The notes beneath the pieces were generated by a model that did not search any database, was not told where the DNA came from, and saw nothing but the letters and a program-made list of their open reading frames with translations. From contig NW_003314354.1 in the NCBI RefSeq assembly GCF_000143415.4, forward strand, positions 348,575-412,574: 64,000 nucleotides of DNA, read 5' to 3'. This stretch comes from Selaginella moellendorffii. Lineage: Eukaryota > Plantae > Lycopodiophyta. The position numbers were made by a program, and so were the translations under genes. This document shows, piece by piece, positions 1 through 10,457 of this stretch; positions within the stretch are counted from its first letter, which is position 1; each line of letters opens with the position of its first letter.

Positions 1-192
1 CGAAAATGCCATCATGCCATATTGGACAGTTGAATGGAGGAGATCTCATAGGCAAATCCATCATGTAGCTGCTTTTGTGTTTGTAACCTTTCTCTTTCTG
101 CAGTGAAAGCACAGATAATAGCTTCGTTGGACGGTATAGCAGTGCAACCTCCGCGAGGTGGTGGAGTTCCCCGGGAAACTGATGACAATAAC

Positions 193-435
193 GGTGGCTG
201 GAACGCTGGTGATGGTGGACTGGAGGCTATGGTGGCGGAGGATGGAACGCCGGCGGTGAAATGGCTGGAACACTGGCGACAATGGTGGCGGAGGCTGGAA
301 CACCGGCAGCGAGGATGGTCGTTGCGGCTGGACGACAGGCAGCGACAATGCTGGTGTGCTGGAGGCTGGAACAGGTGGCAGAGGCTGGAACACCGGCAGC
401 GAAGATGGTGGTCGAAATGGCTGGGGCAGTGGAGA
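193..435 (+). pseudogene. GW/WG-repeat (AGO-hook-like) coding fragment, frameshifted; copy 1
   Basis: Across frameshifts it reads GGWNAG..GGWNAG..NGWNTGDNGGGGWNTGSEDGRCGWTTGS..RGWNTGSEDGGRNGWGS. Confidence 0.55.
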
Positions 436-668
436 AGTGTGATAACAATGCTACTTGGAACTCCCAGCAACGAGCACGGAGGAGGACCAAGCTCGCGAGT
501 GATACCAATGAAGAAGACAATCCCGAGTAGTCCCTGCATAGAACGCGAGCAGTGGTGAGTCGCAAGTGGTGATGCTGGAGAGGACTAGAGGAGCAAGCGT
601 TTTGGCCGATTTTGGAGAGATTTTAGTTAGCGGGCGAAATCTTTGTTTGACAAGTTTTGGTCGCTCGC

Positions 669-1110
669 TTGGATCCACGGCGCTACAAGGAGATGGTCGC
701 GCTGGGGAGCATCAGCTTCGCCGCGACCCCCAGTTGATGCTGATGGTGATGCCTTCCGCCGCTCGGGCACTGGATCGCGCCGAAGAGCCTGGAATTCTCG
801 ACGTGGGAGGAATTTCAGAAGCTTCCTCAAGCACGGTCTATGCTGAAATTTGGAGATCCGCGAGAAACATGGAGCTCTTTTCTATACTGTTAAGTTGTGA
901 TGTTCTTTTAAATATCAGCAGACTTTTAGAGAGCTGGAAGAGAACGAGACATGAATTACAATAGGAAGAGGAAGCAGGAGGCAGAAGATGCGAAGAGAAA
1001 AACTAAAAGATTCATTTCGGCATTACTGCGAATGGAATGTTGGCCGTGGTAAGCTCTTTCGTTTCGATTCTTTTATGGACGTCAAGCATTTGCTTGCAGG
1101 GAAAACTTAA
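669..1110 (+). pseudogene. Captured, internally deleted fragment of the AFG1-like ATPase gene (source about 33231-33860), intron pieces retained
   Basis: Blocks such as GGAGATGGTCGCGCTGGGGA, TAAATATCAGCAGACTTTTAGA, GAGCTGGAAGAGAACGAGACATGAATTAC and GTGGTAAGCT are shared in order with the gene at 33.2-33.9 kb. Confidence 0.8.
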
Positions 1111-1206
1111 GGGTTTGCTGCTCACTTTGTTTTCAGGCAGAGATATACCCTTTATCACGAATCTTTAAAAGGAAGAGGCCTCAAAGGGTTTCTCCAAACT
1201 AGGGCA

Positions 1207-2379
1207 ATGGCTTTGTGGATCCTCACGCACCCGTTTTCGCGCAGGCCCCCGAGGTACTGGGGCTTGCCTCACAGGTTCACCGTCCTAGCGGCGATCTCCC
1301 TGCTGTGGATAGCTCTCGGCAGCATCCCGCTCTATGGTATGTCCAAGACGCCGGCAGCTGGCTGGGCATGGGTGCGCGAGGTGTTCGCATCCAGCCCAGG
1401 AACTCTCACAGACCTGGGAGTGATATGCTTGGTGGCTGCTAGTCAGGTGAGGGTGAGGTTGCCAATGAGCGAGGAGGTGCCCATGCCCGAAGACAAAGTA
1501 ACGAAGTTCGTCATGTTTGGCGTGTCGCTGCTCCTCCCAGTGCTGCCCCTTGCTGCTGGTCGCTATGGAAGTGATCTCGGTGTTCTCAAGGCGCTGCTGC
1601 TCTATGCCCAGCTCTGCCTTGCGAATTGCGTCGCGTGCTTGCTCGTGATTGCCTGCGAGTTTCGGCGCTGGGGAATAGGAGTTGACATTGCGGAGCTCCT
1701 CCCGGCGGCGACTCTGGCCAAGAGCTTGGTTGTCAAGGCGTTGAGCCCTTTCCCTCCAGCGGCACCGGTTAGTGGCAGAAGGTTTGAAGGTGCGCTGCTT
1801 CACGGGCTGTCTGTGGTGCGTGGCAATTACAGTGGGAGTGCGTTTTATAGTGCTCTTGGCACCGGCGGCGGCGGCGATCTTGCTTCTGGGAATGAAGTGG
1901 TGAGCTTGTGGAGTGTGCTTGCCACAGTCACTTTTGTGGCGGCCGCGTACAAACTCCAGAAGAATCGGAAGTTCACGCTCTTTCAAGTCTCGGACTGGCT
2001 ACAACCGGTACAGTTTCTCGCTTTGTTGGCATGGATCTTGGGCGTCGTTTCCTCCAAGGCGCTCACGCTGTCCGCTGGGCGCGGTTTGCTCACCTGGATC
2101 TTGGTGCCGGTGGCGATGGGTTTACTGTTCAAGGCGTTTGCGGCGTGGGAGAGTTGGGAGCTGGGCTCGTCGGAGACGGATACTTGGGCCGGGGTGGCGG
2201 CTGGAGTGCTGTGCGTGGTGGCGGCTGCCACAGGATGCGTGGGCTCGGCTTTTGGATGGCTGATAGTTTGTCGGCTGATCTACAAACTTTACCGCTCAGT
2301 GTGCTCTGCAATCATGACCCGGCGGATGCTAGAAAAAATGGAGCAGGAGGGGGTGCCCTCCATGTACGCACGCTTCTGA
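1207..2379 (+). CDS. Highly divergent intronless Sec61alpha/SecY-like membrane protein (390 aa)
   Basis: Motifs in Sec61alpha order: IPLYG; ASSPGTLTDLG (cf. ASNRGTLMELG); GRYG; KALSP (cf. KAFSP); GRRFEGAL (cf. GAEFEGAV); GCVGSAFGWLIVCRLIY (cf. GAIGSGTGILLAVTIIY); about 10 hydrophobic segments. Confidence 0.75.
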   Translation: MALWILTHPFSRRPPRYWGLPHRFTVLAAISLLWIALGSIPLYGMSKTPAAGWAWVREVFASSPGTLTDLGVICLVAASQVRVRLPMSEEVPMPEDKVTKFVMFGVSLLLPVLPLAAGRYGSDLGVLKALLLYAQLCLANCVACLLVIACEFRRWGIGVDIAELLPAATLAKSLVVKALSPFPPAAPVSGRRFEGALLHGLSVVRGNYSGSAFYSALGTGGGGDLASGNEVVSLWSVLATVTFVAAAYKLQKNRKFTLFQVSDWLQPVQFLALLAWILGVVSSKALTLSAGRGLLTWILVPVAMGLLFKAFAAWESWELGSSETDTWAGVAAGVLCVVAAATGCVGSAFGWLIVCRLIYKLYRSVCSAIMTRRMLEKMEQEGVPSMYARF

Positions 2380-2459
2380 AACTCAAATCAGGTTTTGTAG
2401 CAAGGGAACAAAAGAAAACGAAAGATTTCAGCAAACCCTGGTGGAAGTATTGTTGATTC

Positions 2460-2758
2460 TTAGATCAATTAAAAAATCTTAGGAAACTAATCAACTGGGT
2501 GTAAGAACATTAAGGGCTATAAGGGCATTTAAGTATAAAAGGCAAAAATTATAACAAAGAGAAAATTTGAATGGACATCAATTCTAGATGCAAAATTGTT
2601 ATCAATTCAAGGACTTGCAAATAGAAAAGCAAAAGAATTAAAACTTAGCCATAATATTGGCTTAATTGAGCAACAAATTGTTTCTAGATACTATTATATA
2701 TCGATAAAGAATAAAAATGAGAAAATAAATTTTTTAATGTATCCAAAGAACAACATAC
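2460..2758 (+). mobile_element. A-rich decayed RT thumb/connection-like remnant (Gypsy- or caulimovirid-like) hosting the nested insertions; continues at 10463-10591 and 16466-17170
   Basis: LRKLINWV and KRKFEWT motifs with stops; the A-rich sequence resumes directly after both insertions. Confidence 0.35.
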
Positions 2759-4566
2759 TGTGAGACACAAAATCCCTAGGCCCCAAAGTGGAGCCGGAAG
2801 GGCGCCACATGGTAGTGGCCGAAGCGAGAGCCAAACGAGCGTAACACGTTTGGACCAGAAGCTCCGACTTGAAAAGTCAAGAGCGGGAGTGGAACTCCCA
2901 ACGAAGTGCTCGAGGAACGAGCACGAAGCGAGCAAAAGGCAAGGCTCCAAAAAGGGACCCAAAAGGACCAACACATGACACGTGGGAGTGTCCGAGATGG
3001 ACTCGAGTTGGAGTCCGAAGTGGAGTCCGAGGTGGACCCGAGTTGGAGTCCGAAGTGGAGTCCGAGATGGACCCGAGTTGGAGTCCGAGATGGAGTCCGA
3101 GGTGGACCCGAGATGGACTCGAGATGGAGTCCAAAGTGGAGTCCGAGATGGACCCGAGATGGAGCCCGAGATGGAGTCCGAGATGGAGTCCGAGGTGGAC
3201 CCGAGATGGACCCGAAATGGAGTCCGAGATGGAGTCCGAGATGGACCCGAGATGGAGTCCGAGATGGAGTCCGAGGTGGACCCGAGATGGACCCGAAATG
3301 GAGTCCGAGATGGAGTCCGAGATGGACCCGAGATGGAGTCCGAGATGGAGTCCGAGATGGACCCGAGATGGACCCGAGATGGAGTCCGAGATGGAGTCCG
3401 AAGTCGAGACCAAGACCGGAACCGAGACCGGGACCGAGACCGAGACCGAGACCGAGATCGGGACCGAGACTGAGACCGAGGCCGAGGCCAAGACCGAGCC
3501 CGAGCCCGAGTCTGAGTCCGAATCCGAGTCCGAGTCCGAGTCCGAGTCCGAGTCCGAGTCCGGAGCCTGAGAGGGTGAAAGCCCAAAGCGTTCGTCTCCC
3601 AGACCCTGGGGGGTTTGGTGAGCTCCAAAAGTATAGTAGGGGGAGGACTGCAGTGGAGCCAGTTTGGCCAGGAAAGGCCAGTTTGGCCCAGGAAGGCCGG
3701 ACCCAGTGTTGGGTGATGAGCTGTCCGCTGGGAAGTCCAAGACTAGAGTGAACACAGACCGACAAGCGGGGTAGCTTGGTGAAGTGTTCAAGAGCCGGCT
3801 CTAGTTCCCCCGGGAGATCGACTGGCCGATGCTCCCAGTCCAAGTGTGGGTGGCACTACCTACTTGGATACCTGGTGTGGCTCAACGGAACCCACTCTAA
3901 GCCCATGGCTAGAGCACCTAAAGGCGATAGGTGGGGAGAGTACCCAGGTGGCTCGCGTAAGGCCACGGTGTTCCGAAATGTTGTCCCAAAGGCCCAGACT
4001 GTGGAAAGGAAGAGGAGCAGTCCTCTGGGGTTGTGACCAAGGACACAGTCATGTGGTGAGGAAGTCCTAGAGGACCGTGGGACTTAGTGGTCGGGCCTGT
4101 GGGCCTCGATCCAGTGGCAGTGTTGGCAAACACGGCCAGGGGCAGAAAGGGACTTGGTAGGAACTGACAAAGGGACTTTGGGGAAGGCAATTCCCCAGGT
4201 CTGTGGGCATCCTAAGGATGCTAAGGAGTGGATCCAGGATGACCCCTCGTAGACAGATGGCCCAGTCTTGGAGAGACGGGATGGTGATGCAAGTGGTATT
4301 GGACCATTTGCGCAGCAAAGGTGAATGGGCATGGCCTTAGCGTAACGGGCCGAGATGTCAGTGGTACCTTTGGGTGTCGGTTTTGGGACCGGACACGTGG
4401 AGCACTTGGACCAGGTGCAAGTGTTGAGTGGCATGGATGCCATTCTTGGGGTTAGCAAGTCCCAAGTCCTGAATTGGACTGATGGAGGTTGTGAATGAGA
4501 CTCCTCCAAGTGGTCGGAGGTGTGGTTAAGTGACTAAAGTAGAAATGGAAAAATTAGTCGCTTACA
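2759..4566 (+). repeat. 5' LTR (1808 bp)
   Basis: TG...CA termini; direct repeat of 8662-10457. Confidence 0.95.
2990..3562. repeat. LTR-internal tandem array of 11/12-mers (GAGATGGAGTCC / GAGATGGACCC) grading into hexamers (CCGAGA/CCGAGT)
   Basis: Directly visible; produces the spurious SPRW/ESE ORFs. Confidence 0.95.
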
Positions 4567-4569
4567 ATG

Positions 4570-4581
4570 TGGTATCGGAGC
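4570..4581 (+). promoter_or_regulatory. Primer-binding site (tRNA-iMet type)
   Basis: TGGTATCGGAGC 3 nt after the LTR end; one mismatch to the canonical TGGTATCAGAGC. Confidence 0.9.
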
Positions 4582-7500
4582 TGTTCCTTAGTCCGACTTT
4601 TATTGGTGCTCAAGTATATCACCACTAGTGTTGGCATCGGAAGGTCCGAGGAGTGGGCCTATCCTTGAGGAGTAGCAAGTCGGGAAGACATGGCTCTCCA
4701 TTACAGTTCATGTGTGAACTTGTAGACGAGGTGGTGGATAGAAAAGGGCCAATAATGGAACGACTTTGGGATCTTGGGAACAGTGCAAGGTTTTCCTCAT
4801 TGAGTTAAGGATGTGATCCGGATAAGCATTTGTCTCAGCAAATTGGCTAAGGTTGTTGTGGTAAACAACTAAAGTTGGGATCACGGGAAAGATAGAGACT
4901 CCAAAACAATAAAGGAGTCACAAGATTATCCTCATATAGTTGAGGTTGGTGCTCATGAATGTGAGACCAAAGGTAATGACCGTGGAAGGTCAAATACGGA
5001 AGAGGACTCAAGTCCTTGAAATGGTAGCCGGGGCTACCTCTAATAAATGCTGGAACAACCCAAGGAGTTGGGGGTGTATTAAGTGGATGAGTTGGTATTC
5101 TCATCACATGGACAAGTAGTCCTAAGGGGCAAAGGTTGCCCCCAGAGAACAAAATCAAGTGTCGGAGTAACACTTGTGAATATAGTCCTTTTGAGTAGGA
5201 CTGGAATGCAAGATGTGTATTCCAGTGAGCTAGTGCCTCACAAGTAGGACCTTACGGGTCGGTGGATTAACCAAGTCCAAAACTGCTAGACGACTCAAGT
5301 AGAGTCAAGGGATGGTCCTAAAAAGGACTGAATGAAGCATTTGGACTGAGGTGCGTTGTACCCCACAAAGGATGGGGGGGGATCATAGGATCCAAGGATG
5401 AGAACAGAGAGTATCTCATCGATGGCTAAATGTGCCATGCTAAAGTTATGGGAAAGGTGTTCCCAGAAGGAAACAACTTTGACATAAAGTTGTGTGTGAC
5501 CTCTATGGGGCAGTGCTAACGGATGGTTGGCATGAGAAAGAGCGGTGTTGGTCTTGGCAAAGACTTAGACACGAAGGGAAATGTGATAGAGGTAGGCTCG
5601 TGAAGCCGATGGTGTGGAGACACCAAATGTGCCAAGGTGTGATACCTTGAGGCTATGTTGGTGGGTTCGTGAGAACCCCTTGCCAAAGGAATCCCAATGG
5701 AAATGGGAATGGCATAGCTTAAGCTGCAAAGCATGCAGTTGGAGTGTGGTGACCCAGATAGTGATGGAGGTGTGAAAGCACCAAGCAATGAGTTGTAAGA
5801 CTTGACAACTATGAGGCAACTAAGCAAGAGGTGCAAAATAACTGGTTAAACGGGTAGAAGGTAGCTACCCAAGACTTCTAGTATAGGGAAGTCGGATATA
5901 CCCTTACGGGGGATAAGTTACTTATGTTGCGATATAGTAAGTCAATGTCATAAAAGGAAATACTCATTGTCAAGAAAGCCATCATTGGGACACCCGAACA
6001 CTCTAGAACACCAGAAGGTGGTGTTTGATGTCGCGAGGGCAATGGATAAAGCCCAAGGGACTAAGTCCCTAGCGAATGATGGATAGAAGGTGCTATCCAA
6101 ATGTCCAAGGTTGTGGAGACAAGAGAGGACTGTCTACCCAAGTTGGACAAAGCCAAAAATGAAATTTTGGCAAGGCTAGTGATGGGCATGTAAAGGCCCA
6201 TAAGCAACAATGTAACCCCAGTGTGTGAGATTATAAGCTGAGCATACCCGAATTGAGGAACCACTCCCCGGGCTATTGGGTAGGTTCATCCCTAAGAATA
6301 CTTGCTAAGGCATGATAGAAAGTGCAAAGCTATCCTCCTAGTCTGGAGGAGAATGACTGAAGGAAAGGTGTGAAGCCAAAGGCAAGTAGTGTTGGGATGG
6401 AACTGAACCATAGAAATCAAAGGGCATATCCAACAGTGGTTATGAAAGTTGGGAGTGGAGAATCAAGAGGGTGCTCGAGGATATTGTTGCTAGCAACCGT
6501 GATGCCATGGAGAGTCTAAAATATGGAATTGTCCATGTTAGACTATATGGCAACTATAAAGCTTGCGAAAGGGGAGGCCTTAGCAAGCTGAGGGACAGAG
6601 TTCCTTCAAGGTTCCCAAAGACGATTCTAGGTAGCGTAGTACCTAGAAAGGCCAAGTGTAAATGGTTCATGGAACGCGCGAAATCAGAGTGGCGCAGCAG
6701 AAGCGTGGTCTTGAAGCTTGCCATGAGGCAAAGTTATCAAGGTTAGGGAAGTAGTTCCCGAGTGTTCAAAGAGAGGGCTTTGAACGAAAGTCGATGGTCA
6801 AGGACTTTCACGCTTATGCAGGAACCATGTTACAATGGTCGGAGGACTTGCCAAGTGAGATTAGCACGTCGGGGGAACAAAGACCCTAGTTGAAGGTGAT
6901 ATCTTCAAAACGGGTGGGCCAGGGGGCCAAGCATGGAGGAGTCCATGCATGATCACAGATATGTCAAGTGAGAGGACTTGGCAGTGTGGAGGAACTAGGT
7001 TCCTAAGCTGTGATCTGTAGCGCGCTTTAAAAAATAAGTTGGTGCACCGGCGTGGGGAGTCACGCCAGGCATCTTGTGTGATGCTGTCCGTAGATGCATA
7101 TACGGAGGTTGGGTTCGAGTCCCGACCCTCTAGTGCTTGGGTTCGAGTCCCAAATCACTAGGGCGTGGTGGTGGTTTGGAATATGAGGACACTCATATTT
7201 CGGTGGTCATGGACTCTCAGTGGGGAGACTGGTTTGGGCACACCGCCAAGCGAGGGATGCCTCGGAGTCGTGATGCACGGTTAGATTGCTTAGTGTGAAA
7301 GCTCAGCATATCTAATTTGAACACTTTGGTGCAAGTGGCACCAAGGTCGTGGTGAGTGAGATGGGGACACCTAATCTCAGTTGCTATGAACCCTTGGCCG
7401 TAAGGGCTAGCTTGGGTGCACCGCCAAGTGTGGGGGATGCCCCCGGGGTTATAGTCAACAACTTGGAGGTCTAGAAGACCAAGTACCTCTTGGCAACTCT

Positions 7501-8647
7501 ATTAAGGTGCCAAGGTGAGATCACTAGGTGATCTTATGGCCAGATAAGGACAAGGTCCTTGGTTGGCTAAGGAATGAAGTTCCTAGTTCAAAATGTTGAA
7601 ATTGAACTGTTTAAGGTGGTGTGGCTTGGTCGTGATGACCAAGTGGGAAGAGCACCTAAGGGAAATAAACTATGTCCGTGCGATGGCATAGTGAGTCCGA
7701 GGAAAGTAGTCTCTATAAAAGACCCATGGGAGGGTCACGAAGTTGGGCCGTGGATAGAGCCCATAGCAGAAGATGCTAAAGAGACATACTAGGGGTGAAC
7801 ATCCTCCGGACTTGGCAAAGAAGAGTCTTTGCTATGGAACCGAAACAATACCTCAAGGAGGGAGGTAGAGATTCGATGTTGCTTGGTGCAACAATCAACG
7901 GATAGGAGCAAAAGATGAGTGGCCAAGATAGGGCCGTGGAATCCCTTGGAAGGAATCCAAGTGACAAAGTTAGGCGAGGAACACTAATGTGTTGGACGCT
8001 AACAAATTGCGGGAAAGGAAGTGTGTTTCCAAGGAGGGATTCCAAAATGCTCCGATTTGGCGAAAGTGGAAGCTCCAAGGGAGGGAGCGGTAAGGTAGCC
8101 AAATGATAGGGCCATGAACAGCCCTAGCACAAAGTATGATAACTGGAACTTTGGCACAAAATAGAAGAGAGGATGATGGTGCCCTCGAGTAGAAAACTTC
8201 CTAGGATGGGAAGTGGAGTTGCACAAAATGTGCAAGGCAAGGTGTCGGAGACACCTAGGAAATTGACTCCAAAAAGTCAAAAGTAAACATTCCAAAGTGC
8301 AAAGGTAGATCAATGGAATCTGTGACTACTCAAGAATGAGTAGTGGAATTGAGTTAGAGAGGGTGTCTCTAACGGGTTTAGCGAGAACTGAACCAATAAA
8401 AAGGAGCAAACCACCCCAGGTGGTCAAGTGAGTCTCTAAGCTGGAGAGACTATCCGCCTTAGAGGATAGGCAAGGCATGGTGAGCCTTTGGTGTCGAACC
8501 ATTGAGGAATATGCAAAAGGCATGGTGAGCCTTCAATGTCAAACCATTGACAAATATTGGCTAGGTGCCAAGGATGGAAATGGTAACACATACGAGTGTT
8601 ACTTTACAAAATGGTTTACCGTTCGATGAGGACATCGAACTTCATCT

Positions 8648-8660
8648 ATGGGTGGTGGAG
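8648..8660 (+). promoter_or_regulatory. Polypurine tract
   Basis: ATGGGTGGTGGAG immediately before the 3' LTR. Confidence 0.8.
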
Positions 8661-8661
8661 T

Positions 8662-10457
8662 TGTGAGACACAAAATCCCTAGGCCCCAAAGTGGAGCCGG
8701 AAGGGCGCCACATGGTAGTGGCTGAAGCGAGAGCCAAACGAGCGTAACACGTTTGGACCAGAAGCTCCGACTTGAAAAGTCAAGAGCGGGAGTGGAACTC
8801 CCAACGAAGTGCTCGAGGAACGAGCACGAAGCGAGCAAAAGGCAAGGCTCCAAAAAGGGACCCAAAAGGACCAACACATGACACGTGGGAGTGTCCGAGA
8901 TGGACTCGAGTTGGAGTCCGAAGTGGAGTCCGAGGTGGACCCGAGTTGGAGTCCGAAGTGGAGTCCGAGATGGACCCGAGTTGGAGTCCGAGATGGAGTC
9001 CGAGGTGGACCCGAGATGGACTCGAGATGGAGTCCAAAGTGGAGTCCGAGATGGACCCGAGATGGAGCCCGAGATGGAGTCCGAGATGGAGTCCGAGGTG
9101 GACCCGAGATGGACCCGAAATGGAGTCCGAGATGGAGTCCGAGATGGACCCGAGATGGAGTCCGAGATGGAGTCCGAGGTGGACCCGAGATGGACCCGAA
9201 ATGGAGTCCGAGATGGAGTCCGAGATGGACCCGAGATGGAGTCCGAGATGGAGTCCGAGATGGACCCGAGATGGACCCGAGATGGAGTCCGAGATGGAGT
9301 CCGAAGTCGAGACCAAGACCGGAACCGAGACCGGGACCGAGACCGAGACCGAGACCGAGATCGGGACCGAGACTGAGACCGAGGCCGAGGCCAAGACCGA
9401 GCCCGAGCCCGAGTCTGAGTCCGAATCCGAGTCCGAGTCCGAGTCCGAGTCCGGAGCCTGAGAGGGTGAAAGCCCAAAGCGTTCGTCTCCCAGACCCTGG
9501 GGGGTTTGGTGAGCTCCAAAAGTATAGTAGGGGGAGGACTGCAGTGGAGCCAGTTTGGCCAGGAAAGGCCAGTTTGGCCCAGGAAGGCCGGACCCAGTGT
9601 TGGGTGATGAGCTGTCCGCTGGGAAGTCCAAGACTAGAGTGAACACAGACCGACAAGCGGGGTAGCTTGGTGAAGTGTTCAAGAGCCGGCTCTAGTTCCC
9701 CCGGGAGATCGACTGGCCGATGCTCCCAGTCCAAGTGTGGGTGGCACTACCTACTTGGATACCTGGTGTGGCTCAACGGAACCCGCTCTAAGCCCATGGC
9801 TAGAGCACCTAAAGGCGATAGGTGGGGAGAGTACCCAGGTGGCTCGCGTAAGGCCACGGTGTTCCGAAATGTTGTCCCAAAGGCCCAGACTGTGGAAAGG
9901 AAGAGGAGCAGTCCTCTGGGGTTGTGACCAAGGACACAGTCATGTGGTGAGGAAGTCCCAGAGGACCGTGGGACTTAGTGGTCGGGCCTGTGGGCCTCGA
10001 TCCAGTGGCAGTGTTGGCAAACACGGCCAGGGGCAGAAAGGGACTTGGTAGGAACTGACAAAGGGACTTTGGGGAAGGCAATTCCCCAGGTCTGTGGGCA
10101 TCCTAAGGATGCTAAGGAGTGGATCCAGGATGACCCCTCGTAGACAGATGGCCCAGTCTTGGAGAGACGGGATGGTGATGCAAGTGGTATTGGACCATTT
10201 GCGCAGCAAAGGTGAATGGGCATGGCCTTAGCGTAACGGGCCGAGATGTCAATGGTACCTTTGGGTGTCGGTTTTGGGACCGGACACGTGGAGCACTTGG
10301 ACCAGGTGCAAGTGTTGAGTGGCATGGATGCCATTCTTGGGGTTAGCAAGTCCCAAGTCCTGAATTGGACTGATGGAGGTTGTGAATGAGACTCCTCCAA
10401 GTGGTCGGAGGTGTGGTTAAGTGACTAAAGTAGAAATGGAAAAATTAGTCGCTTACA
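8662..10457 (+). repeat. 3' LTR (1796 bp)
   Basis: Differs from the 5' LTR by a 12-bp hexamer contraction and about 4 substitutions seen by eye. Confidence 0.95.

Larger units (their letters stand above)
2759..10457 (+). mobile_element. Complete non-autonomous LTR retrotransposon (LARD-like), 7.7 kb, recent
   Basis: Two near-identical 1.8-kb LTRs (TGTGAG...CTTACA); 5-bp TSD CATAC at 2754-2758 and 10458-10462; PBS and PPT present; no gag/pol ORF in the 4.1-kb interior. Confidence 0.95.

Noticed and set aside
2684-3843. Long overlapping ORFs (SPRW/ESE/LGL repeats) in both LTRs
   Set aside because: Stop-free by-products of the tandem array, open in most frames; not gag or protamine genes.
2759-4566. 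Retrozyme (hammerhead in the LTR)
   Set aside because: No CTGANGA...GAAA core was found on either strand by eye.
7107-7163. tRNA gene
   Set aside because: Only T-arm-like hairpins; no D-arm, anticodon arm or acceptor stem.
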